Shown here piece after piece: positions 16,101-25,582 of a stretch of DNA of 28,772 nucleotides (positions are counted from its first letter, which is position 1; every line of letters starts with the position of its first letter). The notes below the pieces were generated by a model, which saw only the letters and a program-made list of their open reading frames with translations, made no database searches and was not told the origin of the DNA. Both the position numbers and the translations under genes were made by a program. The stretch spans positions 1 through 28,772 of IMG/VR virus record IMGVR_UViG_3300006123_000510; one strand, written 5' to 3'. This DNA comes from a virus (Duplodnaviria; Caudoviricetes).

Positions 16101-19100
16101 CTAAAAAATATCAACGCTGTGAAAAACAAGTCGTTTGCTTGGTACTACAGCGACATGGTACCCTACGGTGATACCAAAAACACAATCAACTACACAGTAG
16201 AGAGTGCAGAGATTGTTGACTATGAAATTAGCAGCATTTTCAGTGACACAACTTTGAGCAATCAGGCTGTGCTAGTCTACTTGAACAATGTACAGTTGGT
16301 CAAGGGTCAAGATTATGTGTTTGATACAAATCGTGCGGGTGTAACAATCACTGCCCCATTGACTATTGGTGACAGTATTACAATCTACGAATACAGTGAC
16401 ACTGACGGTAACTATATTCCAGAAACTCCCAGCAAGTTGGGCTTGTATCCAAAATTCACCCCAACAAAATACTACGATACTACTTACGCTACTCCTATCT
16501 ATGTGATACAGGGTCACGATGGTAGCATCACACCTGCATTTGGCGACTTTAGAGATGACTTGTTGTTAGAGTTTGAAAAACGTGTTTACAACAACATCAA
16601 AGTCAATCAGGCTAAAAACATTCTTGATATCTATGATTACTTGCCAGGCAAGTTCAGAACCACAGAGTACAGCAACAGTGAATTTACTCAGTTGCTTACA
16701 GATAGTTTCTTGACTTGGGTAGGCTCTAATCGTGTTGATTACATCACAAACTCTACTTTTGTTTCCAGCAATGAATTTACTTGGAACTATGGTAAGTTTG
16801 TTGACACAGTTAACGGTGCTAAATTGCCGGGCTACTGGAGAGCCATCTACAAATACTTCTATGACACAGACCGCCCACATACTAATCCTTGGGAAATGAT
16901 CGGTCTTACTGAGCAGCCCAGCTGGTGGGAAGCACGTTATGGTTCTGCACCATACACTGGCGGTAACATGGTTCTTTGGGACGATATGGCTGCGGGTATT
17001 GTGTGGAACGGTGGTAGCCCCTATGTCGATCAACGCTTTGTTCGTCCTGGCTTACAAAAAATTATTCCAGTAGACTACACTGGTGTTCTACTAGCACCAG
17101 CAGACATTCTGGTCAAAACATTCAATCAACGTGATGCCAGCGGTGATTTCAAAATTGGTGACCAAGGCCCAGTTGAAACAGCTTGGAGACGCAGCAGCGA
17201 TTTTCCATTCGCATTCCAACAGGCATTGGCTTTGGCTAAACCAGCATTCTATTTTGGTACATTGATGGACATCGGTGGCTACTATTACAATGCTGATCTG
17301 GGTCAGGCCATCTTTGACGAAACTCTGCAACGTGTCAGCCCATTAGATGTTGATATCAACGGTGTAGTGGACGCAGACTATGAGGGCTACGAAATTGCTC
17401 GTGGCGCTGGATACTTAAACTGGATCGCAGACTACCTACGCAGCCAGGGCATTGACCCAAGCACCAAGTTGAACGGCTATTTGGAAAACGTTTCTATTCA
17501 GCTTGCATACAAAATGGCAGGTTTTACTGACCAGAGCTTTATACAAGTTATTGCTGAACAAAGTAGTCCAACAAGTAAAAACAACGGCGTTGTAATTCCT
17601 AACGAGAGTTACAGCATTGAGTTATACAAATCTACTCCTGTCAGCACTGTTACTTACAGTGCAGTTATTGTAGAGAGAACTGGCAATGGATACACAGTAA
17701 GCGGCTATGATAACACAGCGCCCTACTTTACAATTATCCCAAGTCTGGCAAATAACAAGAGCTATAGCATACCAGTGTTAGAAGACTCTGCGGTAATCTA
17801 TCAGGATTATCAAAAATACAAAGTAACTATCCCTTATGGTTACGAGTTCACTACTCGTCAACAAGTTGTAGACTTCTTGGTCAGCTATCAACGTTACTTG
17901 CGTGGTGTTGGCTTCAAATTCACAGACTCTGATCCAGATTTGGGCACTCAACGTGATTGGTTATTGAGCGTCAAAGAATTTATGACTTGGGCACAGCAGG
18001 GCTGGGGTTCGAGCAGCGTTATTGTTCTTAGCCCAGTATTGAATCATTTGACCTTGTTCACAAAATCCGGTGTCGTGGATCAAATCCTAAATCAAGTCAA
18101 TGAAAGTTGTGTGCTTGACACTGGCTATAATATCATCAAATATAGTCAGATGAGTGTTAACAGACAAAACACAGCTACGGGCAATACATGTAATCTTACA
18201 CTGAATGCTGGTCAAACACTGGGCTTGGCTAAACTAAGTCTGGTTGAATTTGAACACGTGATGATCTTTGACAACGAAGACATTTTCAATGACGTTATCT
18301 ATGTGCCAGAACTTGGCAACAGACAGTATCGTCTGAAACTTGTTGGTAAGAAAACTGGTTCTTGGACTGGTGCTATGAATCCTCCTGGATTCGTATTCAA
18401 CAACACCACAGTGGATGCTTGGCAACAGGGCACTGACTACTTGATGGGCACAATCGTCAAGTATAAGAGCAATAACTACACAGCCTTGCAAGACATTCCT
18501 GCGGCAACAACATTTGACTTTACTAAGTGGGCACAGCTTACAACGCAAGAACTTAAAACAGGCCTGTTGCCTAACTTTAGCTACAACGCAGAAAAATTCA
18601 ACAGATTCAATGACGTTGATAATCCAGAGTTGTTGGGCGATTTCCACTTGTACAGTGACAGCGCAATTGGTTTCCAACCACGTCAATATCTGACAGAATT
18701 TGGTATTGATGAAGTAACACAGGCCAAGTTCTATCAAGGCTATATTCGTCAAAAAGGTACAATGAATGCCATCAACGCATTTACTGCTACTGGTGTAAAC
18801 GGTGTTACCAGCGATATTAATGTCTATGAAGAATGGGCTATGCGTGTTGGTGAATACGGTGCGCTTGACAATAATCGCAGCGTTGACCTAATCTTAACTG
18901 AAGGCACATTCAACGGTGATCCAGTTACATTCACTCTATTGCCAAATAATGGATCTAGCATCACTGGTATCATTGGTGTACAGCCAAATCAGTTGTACAA
19001 GACTGAGGGTGACTATACTCCAAACATCTACGTAAATCGTGATGCAAGCAGTAACTACAAGAATGACATCCAAACTGCTGGCTATGTCAACATCAATGAC

Positions 19101-22100
19101 GTAGACGCTACTGTATTTGACCTGACAGCAAACATTGCTGACCTAAGCGCAAATATCGATAGCTTTGGCATTGGATCTACTGTCTGGAGCGCAAAAGATT
19201 TAACAGGTAACTGGAACGTTTATCGTGTAAACGAAACTGATGTAAACGTTATACAGGTCAAATACTCTGTTGACAACATTGGCGTAGTTACAACCAACAA
19301 ACCACACGGTGTTGCCTACGGCGATATTGTTGCTGTACAAAGTTTTGATGTTCGTGTAAACGCTTTCTATCGTGTCTACAATGTTGTGGATGCGTACAAT
19401 TTTAGCGTAGTATTCTACGGACAAGCAGCAGATCAGGTCAAGCAAGCAATCACTATTGCTGGAACTGGTACACTGTACAAGCTACAAAGTGTTCGTATTC
19501 AAAATGCCACAGACCTAAACACCATTACTCCGCCACACGGTTGGATAGACAACGACAAGTTATGGGTAGACAACGATGCACAGACAAATGGTTGGGTAGT
19601 ATACAACAAATCTAGCCCATGGTCTGGTAACGTCAGCATCTTTAACACAAGTATGCAACTAGATGCCAACAGCTATGCCACTGGTACTGGTTTTGGTACA
19701 GTCAGCACAATCAGCGCCAACGGTGCATTTGCAGCAGCAAGTAGCCCTTTACTAAACACAGGCAATGTATACGCATTTGTATCAAACGTTGCAAACAACC
19801 ACACATTTACATTGGTTGCTAATATTGGACAACACAACGGTGGCACTAAGTTTGGTGCAAGTTTAGATACAGCAGGCAACTTGTTGTATATTGGTAACCC
19901 AGGTGACGGTGCAACACAATATGGTCGTGTACACATACATCAGTTCAATGGCAATGCCAGCTTCCCATGGATACAAACACTGTCCAGCCCAAGTTCTAGC
20001 AACGTGGGTGACTTGTATGGTGCAAGCATCAGTGCTAGTGCTGACGGCGTTTGGTTATATGTTGCAGCTCCAAATGCAGGTAACGTATACGTCTATCAAT
20101 CAAATGCAACCAGCTACTATACCTACGCTAATACTATTAGTATTGGCAGTAGTGCAGCATCACAGTTTGGCTACAACGTCAAAACAACAAGCACTGGTAA
20201 TCAGGTTGCAGTCAGCGCCCCATATCAGGCAGTCAATGGGGTAACAGCAGCTGGCGCAGTCTATGTATTTGATCGTAGCATCGAAGCATTCATTGCCAAT
20301 AGTACTACTTATACAACAACATATACTATCGGTAGCACTAGCAGAGTCACAGTCAACGGCAACATTGTTACTACTGGCTTTACTCGTGGCTTTAATACAA
20401 TCACATTCACAAACGCTCCTGTCGTGGGCAGTTTGATTGCTGTAGAAACTAACAAGTTCCAATTGTTAGAAACTCTGACAAGTCCAAACCCAACCAGCGG
20501 AGCAGCATTTGGTACAACTACTTGGATCTCTGGCAACGATGCAGATGTTTACGTAGCAAGTCCAGGTTACAGTGCTCCTGGATATTTCAGCGGTATCGTT
20601 TATCGCTATGTAAATCAGGGAGCAGCTTATGGTACGATTACTGGTACTAATTATAATCCTGTTATTAGCTCAGGCGATACTATTAGAATCAATGGTATTT
20701 CAGTTACATTCACTGCGGGTAATGTAATCACAGCAGCACAGAATATCAACAGTGCCAACATTGCTGGGGTCACTGCTGTAGCACAGGGCTACGGTGCATT
20801 GACCATCACAAGCAATGTAGTTACACCATATCAGAAATTGATTATTGGACCAGGCGCTGGTAACGCAGCAGCCAATTTGGGTCTGAATGTATTCACTACA
20901 GTACAATCACTAAAACACCCTGGCACAGAAGATGTAAGTCAGTTTGGTGCTCAGATTGCATCTAGCACAGATAGTTCTACATTGGTTATCTCTGCCAACG
21001 GTGGCAGCACTGAAAATACAACTACATTTGACTTGTCGTTGACTACGTTCGACCAAGCTAACAGTGTGTTCATTGACACAATTGAAGGCTCTGGTGTAGT
21101 ATACGTCTATGGTCTAGTTGAGGGTGGATTGAGTGGCAACATACAAGATCAATATGTGCTTGTTCAACGACTACAAAACAACAGTCTCAGCGCACATGAT
21201 CAGTTTGGTTACAGCGTTGCTATGAATGGCAATACTATGATTGTTGGAGCTCCTGGCGACAGCAATCACGTACAACAAGATCCAGTTAGCGGAGTATACA
21301 CTGGCATAACAAATGCAGGTACATTCTACACATACAACAACTTCAGCGGCAACGTTGGTTGGGACATTGTAGCACAAGAAACCAATAAAGTAGATATTGA
21401 CAGTATCAGCAGATTGTATTTGTACAATGTCAATACTCAGGTCATCACTACAAACTTAGACTACATTGATCCTGCAAAAGGCAAAGTATTGGGCGCAGCG
21501 CAAGAAGACTTGGACTTCATCACTGCCTACGACCCAGCTGTGTACAACAGCATTGGTGGTATCGACGGTACTCCAAATCTTGCATTCAATTTAGACTATC
21601 ACTGGGGCCCAGAACAAGTCACCAAGACTTGGTGGAATACCGGAGTTCTACGTTATATTGACTATGAACAAGGCAACTTGACTTATCGTGCTAACAACTG
21701 GGGCAAAATGTTCCCTGGTAGTCAAGTACAGGTCTGTGAATGGGTCGCAAGCGATGTTCCTCCTAGCGCCTACACTGGTTTGGGTACTCCTTTATACGCA
21801 GACAACAGTGCTTATATAGTTGAAACAACAATCAACCCAAGTACTAAACTTGCAAAAAGCACTTACTACTATTGGGTAACTGGCAAAAACAGTCTTGAAC
21901 CAGACAGTGTACATCGCAACACAATCAGCACTATTCAGGACGTGATTGAGAATCCACAGGCACAAGACATTGCTTATGCAGCAGTGATTCGTGACGACAC
22001 TATCAGTCTACACGGTATCAGCAACTCATTGAGTGGCAATAGCACAGTCTTGCACGTTGATTACGATACAATTCGTAACACACATATTATTCATAGCGAG

Positions 22101-25100
22101 TATCAACTTGTTCAAGAGGGCAATGCAAGCAGCACTATCCCAGCAAGAATAGTTGAGAAAATGATCGACAGTCTAAGCGGCATCGACGCTAATGGCTTAG
22201 TGGTGCCAAGCGCAAGTCTAAGCCCACAATCACGTATTGGTCTTGGCAACAACCCAAGTCAGACAGTGTTTGTTGACAGAATGGCAGCGTTGAAAAACTG
22301 GGTAGAATATGTAAATGCTGTGCTAATTCAGTATCCTATTGTAGAAGAATTCAATATTAGCCCATTGTATGCATCAGCAGAATTGCCCAGCGCAACTACG
22401 TATGACATACAAGTCAGCACTTATACACAATTGACTTATGTAGAAACTGCTGGTCTGATAACTGGCTATACTGTATTGGTATTGGCAGACGAGACACAAC
22501 AGGGTCTTTGGACTACGTATTCTTGGAGCGGCAGTGCTTGGGTATTGTCAGCCACACAAAGTTACTATACTCCATTCTACTGGAGTAAGACTGATTGGTA
22601 CGACAGTACCTATGACAGCACCGTGTTGCCAACCTATGTTGTTGCCACAGCAGCAGATGTTTCTACACTGACCTCGACTGTGGGCAATACTGTAAAAGTA
22701 TTGAACAATGGTTCAGGTGAATTCGCAGTCTATCGTGTCAACAGCGACTTAACAACTAGCATTGTGGGCATACAAAATGGTACTATACAGTTGAACAGCA
22801 ACTTGTATACCACTGACGTAGCAGCAAATGAAATTCGCATTATATTCAATGCCATCAAAGACTATATCTTTATCAACACATTGTCTGGTTATTTCAATCA
22901 GATGTTTTTCTTCTTGATTAACTACATCCTGACAGAACAGCCAAGCGTTGATTGGGTATTCAAAACCAGCTTTATCAGCATCTTGCACAAGTTCAAGACT
23001 TTGGACCAACCTGCAAGTTATAGCCCAGACAACCAAAGCTACTACGAAAACTACATCAACGAAGTTAAACCTTATAGAACAAGTATCAGAGATTACTTGA
23101 TTGACTATCAGGGTAATGATGAGTATTATGGTGACAGCACTGACTTTGATATTCCAAGTACCTACATCGCAGATATCAACGGATATCGCAGTCCAAACGG
23201 CACTAATGCTCTTGACAGTACTTGGTTGAGCACATTGTCACAGTACAATCAGTGGTACAACAACTATACCTATGGCATCGGTGACGTATTCGTTGCTAAC
23301 GCAGGTTTTGGTTTCGTATTGACTCCAACAGTCAGCGTTGTTGGTGGCGGGGGTACTGGTGCTAACGTAGCAGCCATTGTGAACTTTGATACTGGCGGCA
23401 TTGAAAGTTTTGAAGTTATCAATCCAGGTAAAGGCTATACAAGCCAGCCAACTATCTTTATCAACGGTACTGGTAGTGGAGCAGTGGGCTATGCAAAACT
23501 TGTGAATCACTATCAGGTTGACAGTGTGCCAACTACACAACTAGACACGTTTGCCAACGTCACAGTCTATGTTGGTAATATCATTACTCAGCAAAACACT
23601 GGGGCATATGGTACTGTATATTCAGCAAGTACTGGAAATACTGTGACCTTGATTGATGCTGTTGGTACATTCAATACTACAGACTATATCTTTAGTGATG
23701 CAGCAAACCTATCAACAAATCTAACCAGTACAACTAGCTATACACAGTTCTTGAACCGTAGTTACAACACTATTCGTAATGTTTCTACTACTATCAAGTT
23801 TGATAGAACTTCTTATACCAGCAACGTTGTCACTTGGCAACCAAATATCACTGTTGCTAACAGCAGCATAGTGAGCTACAACGGACAAGCATATCAGGCA
23901 ACTGCTAATGTTTACAGTTCTGCAATTTTGACATTGGCAAATGCAGCCTCTGTCAGTGTGGGTCAATACATTACTCAGGCAAATACTACTGCAAACGCAC
24001 GAGTCTTGTCTGTGAGCGGTAATTCTAAAATTATCACTGTGGGTAATCTGACTTCGAACTTCATTCGCAGAGGTGGCAACATCTTGGTAAATGGTTCAGA
24101 TGCTAACACAAGACCAATTTCTGTCAGCAATGTATTTGACTATACAAAATACACATTGTTGAATGCAAACAGTTTTGTCACAGCCACAGATCGTATCAGT
24201 GCATACTATCAGCCCACAGCAGATATGCCAGCAAAAGATTTTTCTCAGTTAATGACTGGTATCGAGTATCCGGGGGTCAGTGTCACTGGTGTTGGGTATG
24301 AAGCAGAAACATCAGTGTTCAACAGTAATTTGATTTACACTTGGTCAAACACTCGTGCTATCTACAGTTCTAACGTTCAAATTCCAACAGTGACTTTGAA
24401 TCTGTCAAACTCTGCGGTTGTTTACTCTGGTAACATTGTTACTCAAGCAACTTCTGGCGCTTACGGTACTGTGTATCAAACAAGTACTGGTAACGTTATG
24501 ACATTGGTAAACGTTGTGGGTTCATTTGACGTTACTGACGGATATTATTTGTCTGCTAACACTGCAAACTTGAACGTAACTCCAACACAGTCACGTGCGT
24601 TCCAACAAGTAACAACACAAAATTTGGTTGATTTTACAAAATACAACTATGCCAGCGGTCAATCTATCTTCTTGGTAGATGTTGATACAAGTCAACAGTA
24701 TATTTTGAACATTACTGAAGTTGATACTTGGAGAATGATTCTCAGCGGTAATGTGCCAACTATTCCAGCGGGCGCTAATGTATCGTTGAAATACTATGAC
24801 TTCAATAACCCAACTTACTTGGATACTATTGTTCAGAATACCTACACTGGAACTAATCAAGGTTCTACTATAGATGGTGGTATGTATTATGATACCTACA
24901 GCAGTCACGCACCAGAAGAACTTGTTCCTGGAGCAACATTTGACAGTCTGAATATGGTAGTTTCTACTGGTATCAACAACAATACACAGGTCGTTACATA
25001 TCGTGTTGTACACAATATGAATGCCAATGTAAGCGCAAACAACACAGCACACTGGCCACAGTACTACGGGGTCAGCGCAACACATCAGACCACACTGACT

Positions 25101-25553
25101 GCTAATTTGAACATCACAGATAGCAATATCTTTGTTGCAAATGCAGCAGCATTGAGTGCACCAAACTTGTCTAAATTGATTCCTGGACAAGTCTATATTA
25201 ATGGTGAAAAGATTATATTCTGGGGCTTGGACACTGCACACAACAGACTGTATCAGTTCCGTAGAGCAACTGATGGAACTGGCGCTCCGTTAGTTCATTT
25301 AGCTGGAACTAAGGTTGTCGATTGTGGTATTAATGAGCTGATTCCAGGCGGAAACACAGTACACACAACTACTTGGTTGAACGCAAGTCCCGGTGCTCCT
25401 AAAACACTAGTGGATAATTTGGGTGATGTTATCACAGACAACTTTGGTAATATCTTGACAACAGCGGGTGCAAATGCTAATGCTGTTACTGACGGTTCTG
25501 GCCTAGAAGGTTCTTCTACAGCGCAAGCCGTGTTCCTTAAGGGACTGACTTAA
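13143..25553 (+). CDS. Giant (4136 aa) baseplate/adhesion structural protein, probably a gp7-equivalent carrying an FG-GAP-like propeller and accessory domains
   Basis: Follows gp6. N-terminal FLPEIF...KFL and late YINEVKPY motifs recall gp7/gpI wedge proteins. It has seven FG-GAP-like blades, two CBM5/12-like motifs and a GGGGTGA...NPGKGYTSQP repeat of T4-like virion proteins. The frame is uninterrupted. Confidence 0.7.
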   Translation: MAQIKTSNFLPEIFRTETNQKFLNATLDQLVTQPDLRNINGYVGRKFAPTFKSTDNYQPEPTALRQNYQLEPSIVVKNKITGNTDFFSSYIDLLQQIGHYGGFTNNQTRLFSGESYSYGGLFDFDKFINFNQYYWLENGPQAVSVYASEIPTSETFTVTRDPATGSYKFSTAAGVENPQIQLAYGGTYKFIVNQPGYPFWIQTDPGTSGTKNNQTKLSSRDVLGVTNNGTDVGTITFKVPQPTAQDFFVRMALAGSADLSTALSYNKVQGQRLSAIKSAGENGFDGVSAINQINLKSLIFVNKDLDDASWTVNGTTVPTINRRNAWQISLSNDTDPIVTLNPLLQAFTIGSLQKVFVRSGLSRAEFTYYLAPDYLQLNLFNQMPDITAPLTTLYYQDNSNAAMVGPFSLLVATNSVIDVENTILGANGYKSPNGVTFTNGLKITFDDTATPAAYQNNTYYVEGVGESIRLIDVTTLINPEAFAANGLGTQDYITINRSSIDLNPWSRSNRWFHVDVINAAAAYNNTTAVFDQNLRASRPIIEFEADTQLFNYGRVAIPPIDLINFDITDSRNAIELQNYGVHVDGVKLEQGMRIVFANDFDPTVRGKIFEVNVVYIASLGNNVINLVPSTETVVANNNIVVLSGPYQGVQYYYNGSNWIQGQEKTQLNQAPLFDVFDASGVSISTYTNSTFAGTKIFSYTPNTKTGAVADPILGFPLTYRNFNQIGDIQFDNNFDTDTFTYVDGNGTTQSGIDINSVGWLQKNKDISTTVIKNSWNTNVEKEKQFQVISGIYDGKNSYFKIDLAASTEATVPYFRVYKNAIQITGWETVTVGVLNYVHITDSALTTGDQIDILIYNSSQVSQLGYYEVPKNLDYNSENKNFNTLTLGQLRNHISTMVANSNQVTGSFPGASNLRDLNIKGQGGSILQHASPVLYSALFLVDENANFIKGLDLARREYSKLKNKIVELSMRTSGLDFTNIPALLDTLLKNINAVKNKSFAWYYSDMVPYGDTKNTINYTVESAEIVDYEISSIFSDTTLSNQAVLVYLNNVQLVKGQDYVFDTNRAGVTITAPLTIGDSITIYEYSDTDGNYIPETPSKLGLYPKFTPTKYYDTTYATPIYVIQGHDGSITPAFGDFRDDLLLEFEKRVYNNIKVNQAKNILDIYDYLPGKFRTTEYSNSEFTQLLTDSFLTWVGSNRVDYITNSTFVSSNEFTWNYGKFVDTVNGAKLPGYWRAIYKYFYDTDRPHTNPWEMIGLTEQPSWWEARYGSAPYTGGNMVLWDDMAAGIVWNGGSPYVDQRFVRPGLQKIIPVDYTGVLLAPADILVKTFNQRDASGDFKIGDQGPVETAWRRSSDFPFAFQQALALAKPAFYFGTLMDIGGYYYNADLGQAIFDETLQRVSPLDVDINGVVDADYEGYEIARGAGYLNWIADYLRSQGIDPSTKLNGYLENVSIQLAYKMAGFTDQSFIQVIAEQSSPTSKNNGVVIPNESYSIELYKSTPVSTVTYSAVIVERTGNGYTVSGYDNTAPYFTIIPSLANNKSYSIPVLEDSAVIYQDYQKYKVTIPYGYEFTTRQQVVDFLVSYQRYLRGVGFKFTDSDPDLGTQRDWLLSVKEFMTWAQQGWGSSSVIVLSPVLNHLTLFTKSGVVDQILNQVNESCVLDTGYNIIKYSQMSVNRQNTATGNTCNLTLNAGQTLGLAKLSLVEFEHVMIFDNEDIFNDVIYVPELGNRQYRLKLVGKKTGSWTGAMNPPGFVFNNTTVDAWQQGTDYLMGTIVKYKSNNYTALQDIPAATTFDFTKWAQLTTQELKTGLLPNFSYNAEKFNRFNDVDNPELLGDFHLYSDSAIGFQPRQYLTEFGIDEVTQAKFYQGYIRQKGTMNAINAFTATGVNGVTSDINVYEEWAMRVGEYGALDNNRSVDLILTEGTFNGDPVTFTLLPNNGSSITGIIGVQPNQLYKTEGDYTPNIYVNRDASSNYKNDIQTAGYVNINDVDATVFDLTANIADLSANIDSFGIGSTVWSAKDLTGNWNVYRVNETDVNVIQVKYSVDNIGVVTTNKPHGVAYGDIVAVQSFDVRVNAFYRVYNVVDAYNFSVVFYGQAADQVKQAITIAGTGTLYKLQSVRIQNATDLNTITPPHGWIDNDKLWVDNDAQTNGWVVYNKSSPWSGNVSIFNTSMQLDANSYATGTGFGTVSTISANGAFAAASSPLLNTGNVYAFVSNVANNHTFTLVANIGQHNGGTKFGASLDTAGNLLYIGNPGDGATQYGRVHIHQFNGNASFPWIQTLSSPSSSNVGDLYGASISASADGVWLYVAAPNAGNVYVYQSNATSYYTYANTISIGSSAASQFGYNVKTTSTGNQVAVSAPYQAVNGVTAAGAVYVFDRSIEAFIANSTTYTTTYTIGSTSRVTVNGNIVTTGFTRGFNTITFTNAPVVGSLIAVETNKFQLLETLTSPNPTSGAAFGTTTWISGNDADVYVASPGYSAPGYFSGIVYRYVNQGAAYGTITGTNYNPVISSGDTIRINGISVTFTAGNVITAAQNINSANIAGVTAVAQGYGALTITSNVVTPYQKLIIGPGAGNAAANLGLNVFTTVQSLKHPGTEDVSQFGAQIASSTDSSTLVISANGGSTENTTTFDLSLTTFDQANSVFIDTIEGSGVVYVYGLVEGGLSGNIQDQYVLVQRLQNNSLSAHDQFGYSVAMNGNTMIVGAPGDSNHVQQDPVSGVYTGITNAGTFYTYNNFSGNVGWDIVAQETNKVDIDSISRLYLYNVNTQVITTNLDYIDPAKGKVLGAAQEDLDFITAYDPAVYNSIGGIDGTPNLAFNLDYHWGPEQVTKTWWNTGVLRYIDYEQGNLTYRANNWGKMFPGSQVQVCEWVASDVPPSAYTGLGTPLYADNSAYIVETTINPSTKLAKSTYYYWVTGKNSLEPDSVHRNTISTIQDVIENPQAQDIAYAAVIRDDTISLHGISNSLSGNSTVLHVDYDTIRNTHIIHSEYQLVQEGNASSTIPARIVEKMIDSLSGIDANGLVVPSASLSPQSRIGLGNNPSQTVFVDRMAALKNWVEYVNAVLIQYPIVEEFNISPLYASAELPSATTYDIQVSTYTQLTYVETAGLITGYTVLVLADETQQGLWTTYSWSGSAWVLSATQSYYTPFYWSKTDWYDSTYDSTVLPTYVVATAADVSTLTSTVGNTVKVLNNGSGEFAVYRVNSDLTTSIVGIQNGTIQLNSNLYTTDVAANEIRIIFNAIKDYIFINTLSGYFNQMFFFLINYILTEQPSVDWVFKTSFISILHKFKTLDQPASYSPDNQSYYENYINEVKPYRTSIRDYLIDYQGNDEYYGDSTDFDIPSTYIADINGYRSPNGTNALDSTWLSTLSQYNQWYNNYTYGIGDVFVANAGFGFVLTPTVSVVGGGGTGANVAAIVNFDTGGIESFEVINPGKGYTSQPTIFINGTGSGAVGYAKLVNHYQVDSVPTTQLDTFANVTVYVGNIITQQNTGAYGTVYSASTGNTVTLIDAVGTFNTTDYIFSDAANLSTNLTSTTSYTQFLNRSYNTIRNVSTTIKFDRTSYTSNVVTWQPNITVANSSIVSYNGQAYQATANVYSSAILTLANAASVSVGQYITQANTTANARVLSVSGNSKIITVGNLTSNFIRRGGNILVNGSDANTRPISVSNVFDYTKYTLLNANSFVTATDRISAYYQPTADMPAKDFSQLMTGIEYPGVSVTGVGYEAETSVFNSNLIYTWSNTRAIYSSNVQIPTVTLNLSNSAVVYSGNIVTQATSGAYGTVYQTSTGNVMTLVNVVGSFDVTDGYYLSANTANLNVTPTQSRAFQQVTTQNLVDFTKYNYASGQSIFLVDVDTSQQYILNITEVDTWRMILSGNVPTIPAGANVSLKYYDFNNPTYLDTIVQNTYTGTNQGSTIDGGMYYDTYSSHAPEELVPGATFDSLNMVVSTGINNNTQVVTYRVVHNMNANVSANNTAHWPQYYGVSATHQTTLTANLNITDSNIFVANAAALSAPNLSKLIPGQVYINGEKIIFWGLDTAHNRLYQFRRATDGTGAPLVHLAGTKVVDCGINELIPGGNTVHTTTWLNASPGAPKTLVDNLGDVITDNFGNILTTAGANANAVTDGSGLEGSSTAQAVFLKGLT
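23565..24572 (+). repeat. Dispersed ~50-aa domain repeat within the giant protein
   Basis: VYVGNIITQQNTGAYGTVYSASTGNTVTLIDAVGTF (~23565) and VYSGNIVTQATSGAYGTVYQTSTGNVMTLVNVVGSF (~24420), with a more diverged copy VSVGQYITQANTTANARV (~23950). Confidence 0.8.
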
Positions 25554-25561
25554 AATAAATA
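25554..25561 (+). promoter_or_regulatory. T4-type late promoter (AATAAATA)
   Basis: Directly after the giant gene's stop codon and 21 nt before the next ATG. Confidence 0.6.
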
Positions 25562-25582
25562 TAGAAAAGGCCGAGATTTAAA

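Noticed and set aside
25005-25019. VVHN resembling an intein C-terminus
   Set aside because: It is followed by Met rather than Cys/Ser/Thr, and I saw no intein N-terminal block or endonuclease motif upstream.
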